Shown: in pieces, positions 27,802 to 36,995 of the stretch
Layout: each line of letters begins with the position of its first letter
How positions within the stretch are numbered: position 1 is the stretch's first letter
IMG/VR virus record: IMGVR_UViG_3300027863_000043
Span: 1 to 57,924 of that record
Length of the DNA stretch: 57,924 nucleotides
Source: a virus
Lineage: Duplodnaviria > Caudoviricetes
Reading direction: 5' to 3' (one strand)
Made by a program: the position numbers and the translations under genes
The notes under the pieces: generated by a model
Database searches by the model: none
What the model saw: only the letters and a program-made list of their open reading frames with translations
Told to the model about the DNA's origin: nothing

Positions 27802-27934
27802 GGGCACGCCTGGTCAGGACGCACCACGGACGGCGCAAGCGGAGCCCAGCGGATACGCCTCTATACCGTGCCTCGTGCCGCTTGCGAGGGGGTCTTCCGT
27901 CCGTGCTACGCCCCGATTCCTCGGAAGTATGCCC
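27802..27934 (-). ncRNA. Candidate structured RNA (nested long stems)
   Basis: 27816-33 pairs with 27897-914 (G-U pairs on the minus strand); inner GCAAGCGG/CCGCTTGC stem. Confidence 0.4.
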
Positions 27935-27943
27935 CTTAGCAAA

Positions 27944-27975
27944 TCAAAAAGGGCACCCGTCACCGGATGTCCTTG
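27944..27975 (-). terminator. Intrinsic terminator/attenuator
   Basis: Minus strand AAGGACATCCG-GTGA-CGGGTGCCCT followed by TTTTGA. Confidence 0.6.
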
Positions 27976-28008
27976 GGCATACTCCCTCTAGGGGTAAAAT
28001 TACACCCG

Positions 28009-28062
28009 ATTTCGCACGAACACAATGGTAATTTCGCACGGATTTCGCACGGATTTCGCGCA
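28009..28062 (-). promoter_or_regulatory. Four ATTTCGCACG-type direct repeats; probable late-promoter activator sites
   Basis: Copies at 28009, 28031, 28042 and 28053 (last imperfect) just downstream of the ArpU-like gene. Confidence 0.6.
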
Positions 28063-28076
28063 TTTTTCGTCCCATT

Positions 28077-28580
28077 TTATTCCTCCGTCACCGTTACCCC
28101 GAAAACACTGGCTAGCGTCCACAGTGCTCGCGACTTCTGGTGATCGTAAAATCGCTTTTGATACACCCAATTCGGGCGCATTGTTTTCAGCTGCTCTAAC
28201 ACAATCTGGTCCGTTGGAAGCAGGTCTGCCACGGACAGGAACCGCAACTTGATCAGCTCCCGCTGATACGCCGGCAACGCACCCACCGCACTGTCCACGC
28301 GCTTGATATGGGCTGTCATCATCTCGTCGCGTGCGGATGGACGGGCCTCCAATACGCCCATCCGGCTGCCGCCCTCGCCGTGGATCAGGTCTGGGTCCAT
28401 GGCTTCTGCGTACTCAGGCAACGCGGGCTCCAGTGGACCCTGCAACCCCTCGCCGCCCGCTAACTCAACCCGGTACTGTCGGTAAAGGCTGAAGATGAGG
28501 TCCAATCGCTGCCGGGTCGGTGTCCAGAGGACTTTGGACTTGATCGTCTCTGCTGACACGGGCGATTCCGACGAAGTCAT
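28077..28580 (-). CDS. ArpU/RinA-like late transcriptional regulator
   Basis: 'VDSAVGALPAYQRELIKLRFL...FYDHQKSRAL' sigma4-like HTH; last gene of the replication operon. Confidence 0.7.
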   Translation of the reverse strand: MTSSESPVSAETIKSKVLWTPTRQRLDLIFSLYRQYRVELAGGEGLQGPLEPALPEYAEAMDPDLIHGEGGSRMGVLEARPSARDEMMTAHIKRVDSAVGALPAYQRELIKLRFLSVADLLPTDQIVLEQLKTMRPNWVYQKRFYDHQKSRALWTLASVFGVTVTEE

Positions 28581-29965
28581 ACAGGCACCCCCTCGTGAAC
28601 GTGGGCGATCCTCGCTTTCAGCGCTTCCAGCAGACGGTCCTGACTACTGCCCTTCTCGTTCAGGGCTCTCATCACGTCCGCATCCACTCCCTCCTCGACC
28701 ACCAAGTGGTGAACGATCACCGTCTCCGTCTGGCCTTGGCGGTGAAGTCGCTTGTTGGCCTGTTGGTACCACTCGAGGTTCCACGTCAACCCGAACCAGA
28801 TAACGTGATTCCCGCCTGCCTGCAGGTTGAGGCCGTACGCCGTGCTGGCCGGATGGGCCAACAGGATGTCAATCTTGCGAGCGTTCCAGTCGTCCACGTC
28901 CGCTGGGCTATGAAGGAATCGAACCTTCAGCCCGGACTTCGCCAACGCCCCTTCAAGGCGTGCCGCGTCGTGCTGAAAGCCGTAAAATACCAACGCCGGC
29001 TTACCGTTCAACGCCTCCACCAGCTCCATGAACGCCTCCACCTTGCACCGATGGATCTCGACGGCGCGGTGCTCCCCGTCGTATACGGCCCCGTTGCACA
29101 GCTGCAGCAGCTTCCCCGTGAGAACTGCGGCACTCCCCGCGTCAATCGTCGCCTCGTCCACCTCAAGCAGCATCTCGCGCTCCAGCTTGGTGTAGGCCGC
29201 TTGCGCTTTGGCGTCCAGGACAACGGGGACTGTCACCGATACCGCCTCCGGCAAATCGAGATAATCCTCGGCCCGCATGCTCACACAGATGTCCCCGATC
29301 AGCTGGCGTATGATCTCGTTGGCGCCCGGCTTCGGCGCGTAGCTGTATACCCGATCCCGGTCTCGTTGGTCCGGCTCAAAGTACCGTTCCCGAAAGCCTC
29401 CGATACGCGTTCCCAACCGTGCGCCCTGGTCCAGCAGATAAATCTGCGCCCAGAGGTCCATCTCTCCGTTCGGCGCTGGCGTCCCGGTCAACTCGACGAT
29501 GCGGTCGATGTGCGGTCTCACCCGGGCAAGCGCCTTAAACCGTTTGGCATCCGGATTCTTGAAACTCGACGACTCGTCCAGAATGACCATGTCGAACGGC
29601 CACGCGTTCCGGTAGTACTCCGTGAGCCACTCGGTATTCTCGCGGTTGATCACGTAGATATCCGCCGGGGTATTCAACGCCCGAATGCGCTTCTGCTGGG
29701 AACCTAGGACCGGCACAATCCGCAGATGCTGCAGGTGGCTCCATTTCTGCGCCTCGCGCGACCATGTGGCTTCGGCCACCTTCTTTGGCGCGATCACCAA
29801 AGCCTTTCGAATGGCGAAACGGTTGTATTTCAGGTCATTCACCGCCGTCAAGGTGATCACCGTCTTTCCTCAACCCAAGCCCATGTCGAGAAACAACCCA
29901 AGGGCGGTATCGGCGATGAGTCGGGAAATCGCGTAGCGCTGATAGGCGTGCGGCATGAACTTCAT
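28577..29965 (-). CDS. SNF2-family helicase with in-frame TGA at 29870-72 inside motif I
   Basis: GAGGAGGTG RBS and MKFMPHAYQ...FLDMGLG*GKTV; DESS, LTGTPAPN, GLNLQ, QANKRLHRQGQ all intact. Confidence 0.88.
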
Positions 29966-29996
29966 TCGGCATCACCTCCTCGAATCGCGGGAGATC

Positions 29997-30302
29997 TCAT
30001 GGCTGCTCGAACACTTCGCGGATGAACTCGTCCACTCCGGCTTTGCTGTCGATGACACGTACATCATTCCCGAGACTGCGGATCCGCGACATCTGCAACT
30101 CCTGCAACCGTTTCGGCTTCTTCCCCGGCGCCTTCATCTCGACGAAACACACCCTGCCGCCAGGCAAGAGAACCAGGCGATCGGGCACACCATCGTTCCC
30201 GGGCGACTCGAACTTATACGCGATACCGCCCCGCGCTTTGACCTTGTCCCGAAGATAGGCCTCGATGTCTCGCTCACGGACGTTTGTTACCCTTGCTACC
30301 AT
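29997..30302 (-). CDS. VRR-NUC domain nuclease
   Basis: 'KFESPGNDGVPDRLVLLP...FVEMKAPG..P..LQ'. Confidence 0.9.
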   Translation of the reverse strand: MVARVTNVRERDIEAYLRDKVKARGGIAYKFESPGNDGVPDRLVLLPGGRVCFVEMKAPGKKPKRLQELQMSRIRSLGNDVRVIDSKAGVDEFIREVFEQP

Positions 30303-30396
30303 CCGGCATGCCTCCCTACACATTCACAACGATTGCGAATTTGGGCTTGTCTACTTTGTAAACGTTGTAACCACGCGCGCGTATATAGCGCATAAA

Positions 30397-30643
30397 TAGG
30401 CGTTTTAGGCGTTTTAGGCGTTTAGGGTAACTACCTAAATTACCTATCTAAGATCTCTATAGAGAATCAAAGTATACAAGGTATACAAATGTCCTTTATC
30501 TCTTACTGTGCTTGAGTTTTTTCGTCTACCTTCGTCGTATACCTCGGCATTTACCAAGGTTGACAAAGTATACAGTCTGCAAGGTTGACAAAGTATACAA
30601 GGTTGACAAAGTATACAAGGTATACATTCTGCAAAGTATACAA
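30397..30643. repeat. AT-rich iteron-like repeat region; putative replication origin
   Basis: TAGGCGTTT x3 (30397-424); AAGGTTGACAAAGTATAC x3 (30556, 30581, 30599); further GTATAC units; directly downstream of the primase-helicase. Confidence 0.75.
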
Positions 30644-30644
30644 A

Positions 30645-33071
30645 TCACATTCTAAGATATCCTCCTTTTACCATCCCGTATGGCCCAAAGCGAAACGGGT
30701 TTTTGTGTTTCGCCCATCCGTCAATCTCATCCAGGACCTCGTTTATGGACATCGTATCGGTCCGTTTCATCCACCGGATGTCGCTTCGAAGGCATTCGCA
30801 CCACACTTCTGCCGCGCATATCCGGTCTCTCGGCACCAGTGTCGACGGGTCTACGTTTCCCCGGCCAAATTCGCCGGACCAGTACAACATCCGGTCGCTG
30901 AGGGACTGTTTATCCCAGCCTTCCGGCACCATGCGCTCCACGAATTCGCGGATCACACCTTCTCGCGGATCGGCCTCCTGATGAGCTTCCTGTTCCGCCG
31001 TGGCCGCTTTCTCGAGGTCGCCCGTCAGGTACAGCGGCTCAGCCAGCTGCCAGCGCACGTACGCTTCCGCCCACACTTGGTCCACTTCCTCATCGAGGCC
31101 CCCAAAGACGCGCTTGGAGGCGTCCTGGACGCCGACGTCCACCGGCCAAAATCGCCGATTCCCTGTCCGATCCCTCAGGTATTCCCCGTTGTTGCTGGTC
31201 CCGAAGAACACGCACCGGCGCGGATACCACCCCACGTGCCGCCCGTAGGCGGCCCGGAAGATATCCTCCTGCTGGGACAGGAACTGCTTGATGCGGCCTG
31301 TCTCGGACCGGTTGAACGCCTCCAGTTCGCTGATTTCCACGATCCAGACTCCGCGGACCAGCTCCGACGCTTCTTTCCCTTCGAACGTCTTGATGCTGTC
31401 GCTGAACCACGCACGACCCATCTTTTTCAACAGTGTAGATTTCCCAAGACCCTGGGCACCGGTGAGAATGGTCATGTTGTCGAACTTCGTACCGGGTACC
31501 ATCGCACGGGCCACAGCCGCGGTAAACGCCTTGCGCGTCACGGCGCGCACGTACGGGGTGTCGGGGGCGCCCAGGTAGTCAATGAGCAGGGTGTCGAGGC
31601 GCGGTGTGCCGTCCCAGGACAGCGACTGCAGATAGGCGGTCACCGGGTTGAAGCCATACTTGGCCGCATGGTCGCCCACCGCCACGTCCACCAGGTCCCT
31701 CGATTGCCACCCAAGGACGCGTTCCATGTACTTGCGTAGACCGCGGTCATCGTCGTCCGTCCAGCGGAACGCCCCGACCTCCCGCTCCCGCGCGCCCCAT
31801 GGCAGCGGGGCGACTCCGAAGATCGCCTCCGCGAAGGTGTCCTTTCGGATCCGGGCCTTGAGCAGCGGGTCGTGTTCGAGCATGATCTGCACGTTGCGGA
31901 TGGTCTTCGCCGGCGCACCTGAGGAAGGGTTGACCTGCAGCAGGGGCATCCAGTTGGCCGGCTCGTCCTCGGCTGGCGGCACGTGGGTGAAGTCCTGGGT
32001 CGCCTGTTCGTATCGTTCCTGGTTGATGAGCGCGGCCACGCTCGTGTCGGCCACCGCGAGCTCGCACATCGCGGTGTAGCTTGGCAGTTTGTTCACCGGG
32101 GTGTCGGGCTTCGACTCGTCGTCCATGTCGCCGAAGCGGTGCAGGCGCACTAGGTCGAAGCTGTTCACCAGGCGCCCGCCGCATGGGTCGGTTGCGTGAT
32201 GCGAGAACAGGAAGTCCCCGTTGTCATACACCACCGCGCCGCCGGTCGTACTGCCACCCGTGTACGTCAGGCGTCCGCTGTCGTCCTCCGTGGGCACGTA
32301 GACACCGGGCAGGAACGTATCGAGCGCGCGGTAGATGTCGTAGACCTGGCAGAACGCGCCCACTACGCCGTGCTTGGCTCTCGGGTCGCCCTGGCGCGCG
32401 GCGAGCTTGACGTGCGCTTGGCCGACGCCGGGCACCTCGGGCCACTCGCGGACATCGTGCCAGTCCCGGTAGAGACGCAGGAGGCCATCGACGTCGAGGA
32501 ACGGCTTGTCCGCGTAGTGGAAGATGTACTGGCTGTCAGCCGAACAGCTGGGCCAGTACATCAGGCGACTGGGCTCGAAGGAGCTTGGGTCGAACAGGTC
32601 GATGCCGATGAGCTGGCCCACCTTGCGCCCGCACGGCTCGTACTCGTCTGTCTGCGCCGTCCGGTTGAACGGGAAGAGCGCGCGCAGGCGCGGTCGCCCT
32701 GGCTCATGCTTGCGCGTGCTGTGGGCGGCAAAGGCACAGCCAAGGCCCTCGAGACGACGGAGCACGTCGTCCGTCCCCCCGGCAGGGATATTGTCCAGGT
32801 CCAGCGACAGGAAGTCGCGGCCGAGAAGGTTGGCGGCTTTGCGACGATTGCCCCTCAGCGTGCCGCCCACGTAACCGCCGACGTCTTTACGCTCGTCCTG
32901 CTTGGCCTTGGGCAGCCGCAGATACTCGGCGAGGGTCTCGGTCCCGCGGGCCGGATGCCTTAGACGCTCCACGAACTCCGACCAGTAGAGCGTCTGGGGT
33001 GGCCACGAGGTTGCCCGTCGGTTGCCGGCGGCGGATAGGGTGAGCTGTCGGTCATACTGCAAAAGAACCAC
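30645..33071 (-). CDS. Primase-helicase (VirE/virulence-associated E family)
   Basis: N-terminal primase 'KDVGGYVGG','LDLD','HSTRKH','RLMYWPS','SHHATDP'; SF3 'GAQGLGKST','WIVEISEL','GTSN..EYLRDRTGNRRFWPV'. Confidence 0.92.
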   Translation of the reverse strand: MVLLQYDRQLTLSAAGNRRATSWPPQTLYWSEFVERLRHPARGTETLAEYLRLPKAKQDERKDVGGYVGGTLRGNRRKAANLLGRDFLSLDLDNIPAGGTDDVLRRLEGLGCAFAAHSTRKHEPGRPRLRALFPFNRTAQTDEYEPCGRKVGQLIGIDLFDPSSFEPSRLMYWPSCSADSQYIFHYADKPFLDVDGLLRLYRDWHDVREWPEVPGVGQAHVKLAARQGDPRAKHGVVGAFCQVYDIYRALDTFLPGVYVPTEDDSGRLTYTGGSTTGGAVVYDNGDFLFSHHATDPCGGRLVNSFDLVRLHRFGDMDDESKPDTPVNKLPSYTAMCELAVADTSVAALINQERYEQATQDFTHVPPAEDEPANWMPLLQVNPSSGAPAKTIRNVQIMLEHDPLLKARIRKDTFAEAIFGVAPLPWGAREREVGAFRWTDDDDRGLRKYMERVLGWQSRDLVDVAVGDHAAKYGFNPVTAYLQSLSWDGTPRLDTLLIDYLGAPDTPYVRAVTRKAFTAAVARAMVPGTKFDNMTILTGAQGLGKSTLLKKMGRAWFSDSIKTFEGKEASELVRGVWIVEISELEAFNRSETGRIKQFLSQQEDIFRAAYGRHVGWYPRRCVFFGTSNNGEYLRDRTGNRRFWPVDVGVQDASKRVFGGLDEEVDQVWAEAYVRWQLAEPLYLTGDLEKAATAEQEAHQEADPREGVIREFVERMVPEGWDKQSLSDRMLYWSGEFGRGNVDPSTLVPRDRICAAEVWCECLRSDIRWMKRTDTMSINEVLDEIDGWAKHKNPFRFGPYGMVKGGYLRM

Positions 33072-33081
33072 CGCCTAAGGC

Positions 33082-33921
33082 TTAGTTTGCCGCCGCTGCC
33101 ACTCGTGACGGCCGTACCACCAGCGCTTGCAGGCCGTCGTACCACTCTGCCTCACAAGGCGTGCCCGGTGGCAGCCCCGCGGCGTGGACCTTGTCCATCA
33201 GGCGTCGTCCGCCGAAGTACAGGCCCCTGGTTTTGTCCTCGGTCCGGGTGCGCCAGCCGACCGCCGAGGCCTGCACGGCTAGGGCGCCGTCCTGGATCCC
33301 GACACGCACCCTGGTCGCGTCACGGAGACGTTCCCGGGCCCAGCCGGTCAACCGAATGGAAGACTTGTTGATGTGCACGACGGCGTCGGACAACGGGGCT
33401 GACGTTGGGAGCACCCAGTCGAACGCGTTAAGGTCGATCGGTTGGGGCGATGGGTCGATGCTAGCGGGCGGCGTTGATACGTCGGCCGACGCTTGCGTCC
33501 GTGGCGAATCGGGCTCTCCTACAGGTACACCGTCGAACCGTTCCATCTCGGCCAACTCGACCGACATGTCCCGGAGGCCCCATCGGTCGAGGTAGGGATT
33601 GAGCGTTGGCGGTTTGACTCCCGCGGCGCGGGCTACTTGAGCCCTCGTGAGTCCGGAGCGGCGCATCTCGAGATACGCTTCCTTCGTGAACATGGCCATG
33701 GTGGTTTCCCCCTTTTGCGGTTGCCGACGCGCAGCCAAGTCTTCCGCCGCAGTCGATATCGGACGCTTGGACGGCTTCCCGACGTGCTTGTACCGTTCAA
33801 GCATTTCCGGCGACGCCTGGTAGGTAATGAGTGCTCCTGGCGCCTGTGACTGCGACTCCTTCTCACGGCTCGGTATGGGTGTGCCGGTGTGGCGGATGCT
33901 GGTATCACGGTAGAGGGTCAT
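33082..33921 (-). CDS. HTH-containing hypothetical protein (possible internal start at 33699)
   Basis: 'LTRAQVARAAGVKPPTL' HTH; AbrB-like beta C-terminus. Confidence 0.55.
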   Translation of the reverse strand: MTLYRDTSIRHTGTPIPSREKESQSQAPGALITYQASPEMLERYKHVGKPSKRPISTAAEDLAARRQPQKGETTMAMFTKEAYLEMRRSGLTRAQVARAAGVKPPTLNPYLDRWGLRDMSVELAEMERFDGVPVGEPDSPRTQASADVSTPPASIDPSPQPIDLNAFDWVLPTSAPLSDAVVHINKSSIRLTGWARERLRDATRVRVGIQDGALAVQASAVGWRTRTEDKTRGLYFGGRRLMDKVHAAGLPPGTPCEAEWYDGLQALVVRPSRVAAAAN

Positions 33922-33969
33922 GGGTGAGGCTCACCGTCCTTCCTCGTGTGTGGCGATTTCTGCTTCGGA

Positions 33970-34752
33970 CTACACGTATTTTGTGGCGGCCGGAAATCGA
34001 GCTACGAATTCTCTCCACATTTGCGGATAGTGGCGTTTGACAAAGGCCCACCTCCCGCGCGACAACGTGCCCTCTGTTGATCCGGCGTAGGCCCCCACCC
34101 GGATTGCCTCGCGGCCACCCGGCCACGCTTTGTCGTATACCGGGTTGTATGGTAGGTCTTCTGACACGATGTAGGCCCACACCTCTTCCGTTCTCCATTG
34201 GGAGACCGGGAGACAGTGCGTGATACCGTCGTAGGCGCACTCGTAGGTCTCGCCTCGCACGCCAACGTTTTTACGTCGGGCGGGGCTCTCCTCGGCTCGC
34301 AAGCCAACAAACGCTAAGTCGCACCCATGACTGAGATTCATGTGCCGGGCCGGATCCTTGATGAGGATGCGCGCCAGCTCTCCTGTGTGAAGCTCGCGCA
34401 TTTGTGGCTTGTTTTGCCACACCCCAACCAGCTCATAGAGGTCAAGCATGCCCATGGGTGGGTCGACCCAGTGCAGATCCAAGTCCCAGGCAGTCGCCGT
34501 TTTTTCGACGAACCGATAGGTATCAGGGAACTCAGCTCCCGAATCGAAGAAGGCGACTTTGATATCTGGTTTTAGGCTACGGACTAAGGCCAAAGTGACG
34601 GTGGAATCCTTTCCGCCACTCCACGATACGTAAGGTTGGCGTGCTTGCCGTAACGCCTGCTGGATGACGCTCAGGCTGTGCGCAAGACGCCGGCAGAAGA
34701 CCGGCATCTTGGCACACAGCAAATAGCGTTCGCGTTCGGCAGAGGGCATCAT
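33970..34752 (-). CDS. cysH: CysH/PAPS-reductase-like PP-loop protein of a type IV-B CRISPR-Cas system
   Basis: 'SWSGGKDS' PP-loop, 'FDSGAEFPDT', 'GLRAEES..R', 'PVSQW..EEVWAYI...LPYNPVYD'; adjacent to csf3. Confidence 0.88.
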   Translation of the reverse strand: MMPSAERERYLLCAKMPVFCRRLAHSLSVIQQALRQARQPYVSWSGGKDSTVTLALVRSLKPDIKVAFFDSGAEFPDTYRFVEKTATAWDLDLHWVDPPMGMLDLYELVGVWQNKPQMRELHTGELARILIKDPARHMNLSHGCDLAFVGLRAEESPARRKNVGVRGETYECAYDGITHCLPVSQWRTEEVWAYIVSEDLPYNPVYDKAWPGGREAIRVGAYAGSTEGTLSRGRWAFVKRHYPQMWREFVARFPAATKYV

Positions 34753-34850
34753 CGATTGCCGCCGCCTTTTTCCGGGCCGCCGCTTCCCCCGCTTTTTGTG
34801 GGGCTAGTTTTGGGTGCGGCGCCTTTGGCGCTCTCACGCTTAATTGCCAC
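34749..34850 (-). CDS. Unannotated 33-aa Lys/Gly/Ser-rich micro-protein MAIKRESAKGAAPKTSPTKSGGSGGPEKGGGNR
   Basis: AAGGGAGGTG RBS with GTG start; stop overlaps the cysH start (ATGA). Confidence 0.6.
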   Translation of the reverse strand: MAIKRESAKGAAPKTSPTKSGGSGGPEKGGGNR

Positions 34851-35517
34851 TGATCGTCACCTCCCTTCGGCACAGCAACCGTTCAGAACCGGGCGGCCAT
34901 TTGCATACGCGCAGGTTAGAGGACTCCCAATAGGGAGGGCGAATGGACGTCACTTCGTCTCCATTTTCGTCCGGTGTCGGACGCATCCAGGATAGGTCCT
35001 CGCTTGTTTCGCCAACCGCCCATCGGCGTATGCGCCCGTACCCCTGACTGCGTTTCTTACCGATGTGGGTGACGTTCTCGAGGAGCTCCCGGATCTCGGT
35101 GGCGTCTCCCACGCAGTACCAGGTCAGACGAGGAATCAGAAAAATCGTGATCGGCATGCGGTATCCCTTGTATGGACCGCTCTTTGAGTTGACCTTGGCC
35201 CTACGCCCCCCAAAGTCCGCATAATCCTCTGCGATCTGGGCGTCGAATCGTTTATGCCAGAAGGTTGTCCGCTCTCCGGCCGTCTCTCCTATCGCGAAGG
35301 AGCATGCGTACCACCAATCGTCGCCAATCTCGACTCTTTTCAAGGGGACAGGGGGGTGGTAGATTTCTTCGGCTATCCCGCTCGTCGTCATTGCCAAACG
35401 CTCTGGCTCGTGCTCGAAGATCCACGACCAAGCGAGGAGACTGTCTAGCGGAAGATACAGATCGGACGTTGCAACACGCCCATCCACCATCCAAGCGTCA
35501 ACGCGCAACGCCTTCAA
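34840..35517 (-). CDS. csf3: Type IV CRISPR Csf3 (Cas5-family RAMP)
   Basis: 'LPLDSLLAW', 'WWYACS', 'SGPYKGYRMP', 'WYCVGD', G-loop 'IGKKRSQGYGRI', 'RPPYW'. Confidence 0.88.
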   Translation of the reverse strand: MKALRVDAWMVDGRVATSDLYLPLDSLLAWSWIFEHEPERLAMTTSGIAEEIYHPPVPLKRVEIGDDWWYACSFAIGETAGERTTFWHKRFDAQIAEDYADFGGRRAKVNSKSGPYKGYRMPITIFLIPRLTWYCVGDATEIRELLENVTHIGKKRSQGYGRIRRWAVGETSEDLSWMRPTPDENGDEVTSIRPPYWESSNLRVCKWPPGSERLLCRREVTISGN

Positions 35518-36529
35518 TGGCCCTCACCAGCCCTTCCCGGTCAGAGTCGAGGTACTCCGTATACCGTTGGAGGTAGGCATCATAAGCCTGCTTAGCTGCC
35601 TCAGCTGTGGGCCCGAGTGTTGGGCGATTTCCGTCGACCTGTAGTAACAGCTCCTCTCGTTCTGATCCAAACGGCGCCCAGGTCGAAACGAGAGAGACGC
35701 GCCCAAAGCCGATCCGGTTCTGTCCGCCGAGGTACGGTGCGGAGGACCACTCATGAAGGGCAGAGGCCAGAGCTCCGAATTCGAGTTCGGTAAACCCCAG
35801 AAGGTCTGTGGATTGATATAGTCGGGCACCGGCCGAGAGGCATTCCATCGTATAGCGCATTTGTTGAGGCTTGGATTCTTCTTTCTTGGAGGATCTAGAT
35901 TTCGGAGTATCGCCTGGATCGCGCCCCGTTTGGTCGCCGTCCTTTACTGCCTCTATGAGTTTTGCGTCTTCGGTCGATTGGACGTAAACGGATAGGTTGC
36001 TGTCCTTTGCATCGTCTTTGCGACTGTGGCTGCGCTCTGTCGTCATCTGCCTCCAAGAGACTGCGTCGAGGTTGCGCAGCGATTCTGGTAGCAGGTGTTG
36101 CACTTCAGCGCAAAGCGGATATGCATCCCCAACGGCCATTTTGCCGGGCAGAAGCTGGTTCCCGACACCGCCTCCGAACACGGACACGAGAGGGAGCGCC
36201 TCGCGTATCCGCAGGGCCTGATCGATATCGATGGACTGATCTCCCCCGATGGAGCCACCAGAGAACAGGAGGTAAAAGATTTTTAGTGGAACCCGGAGGG
36301 TTTCTGACCTACCGAGGGCGTCCAATAGATACTTGGAACCGCAGTCCCGAAGTTGCCCGCGCCAGGCGTTTCCGTGGTACACGAATACTTCCGTCGGCAG
36401 TCCCTCGGGCCCGAGGATGTCTTGGGTGTCCAAGTAGCTGTCAGGACCGTGGCTTGATCCAATATGCGACATGGGCGATAAGAGGGTAAACAGCGTCTCG
36501 ATGCGTCCTCTCAACTTTCCGTTACTCAT
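35498..36529 (-). CDS. csf2: Type IV CRISPR Csf2 (Cas7-family backbone)
   Basis: 'LLSPMSH', 'GNAWRGQLRD', 'LFSGGS', 'PLVSVFGG', 'SRKDD', 'QQMRY..E', G-loop 'LGGQNRIGFG'. Confidence 0.9.
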   Translation of the reverse strand: MSNGKLRGRIETLFTLLSPMSHIGSSHGPDSYLDTQDILGPEGLPTEVFVYHGNAWRGQLRDCGSKYLLDALGRSETLRVPLKIFYLLFSGGSIGGDQSIDIDQALRIREALPLVSVFGGGVGNQLLPGKMAVGDAYPLCAEVQHLLPESLRNLDAVSWRQMTTERSHSRKDDAKDSNLSVYVQSTEDAKLIEAVKDGDQTGRDPGDTPKSRSSKKEESKPQQMRYTMECLSAGARLYQSTDLLGFTELEFGALASALHEWSSAPYLGGQNRIGFGRVSLVSTWAPFGSEREELLLQVDGNRPTLGPTAEAAKQAYDAYLQRYTEYLDSDREGLVRAIEGVAR

Positions 36530-36995
36530 TTTCGTCGTCCTCCCCCTGAATAAGTCCTTTCACTTCGAGCGGTTTCTCCCGTTCCAAGCGGTCGCGCACG
36601 AGAGCAATGATGAGTGCCGTGCGCCCATAGAGCCTTGAAAGCACAACCTTGTCGTCGGCATCCTCTAGGACGGATGTCCAAAACACGCGCCGCCCACGGT
36701 CCTGCACCTGTGTCATTTCTCCGGTAGTTCGGTCGACGGCCATTGTGATGGTGTTCCCGCCATCCCACATCCAACGCGGCTGGAGGGTGGCGCAATGTAA
36801 CTTCGGCTTTAGGCGCTCGATAAAATCTGACAGATTCAGTGCTCGCTTGCTGCTGGACTTGACGGCGGATTCAACGGTACCCCAGATGCCCGGCGTGATT
36901 TTCAGGCGTTTCACGTCACGGCTGCGCCAAATTCCGTATACGAGAAGCGCACCTATTGCGGCGTCTTCATCGCGGGTGTCAAAGCCGTAGAACAC
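36522..36995 (-). CDS. cas11: Type IV-B small subunit (Cas11-like)
   Basis: 157-aa helical protein between csf1 and csf2; AAAGGGG RBS, GTG start. Confidence 0.7.
   Translation of the reverse strand: MFYGFDTRDEDAAIGALLVYGIWRSRDVKRLKITPGIWGTVESAVKSSSKRALNLSDFIERLKPKLHCATLQPRWMWDGGNTITMAVDRTTGEMTQVQDRGRRVFWTSVLEDADDKVVLSRLYGRTALIIALVRDRLEREKPLEVKGLIQGEDDENE

Noticed and set aside
29870-29872. Genome-wide TGA reassignment or selenocysteine
   Set aside because: TGA is a normal stop in many other genes here, and readthrough would insert two residues into the Walker A loop
30397-30643. Repeats as a CRISPR mini-array for the type IV system
   Set aside because: Units are 9-18 bp, mostly abutting, with no unique 25-40 bp spacers; position fits origin iterons
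33970-34752. Auxiliary metabolic gene for sulfate assimilation
   Set aside because: Lacks the C-terminal ECG(L/I)H catalytic motif and sits in a csf operon
34577-34873. 98-aa ORF overlapping cysH
   Set aside because: Overlaps cysH extensively; the 33-aa ORF in another frame has the SD and coupling signals
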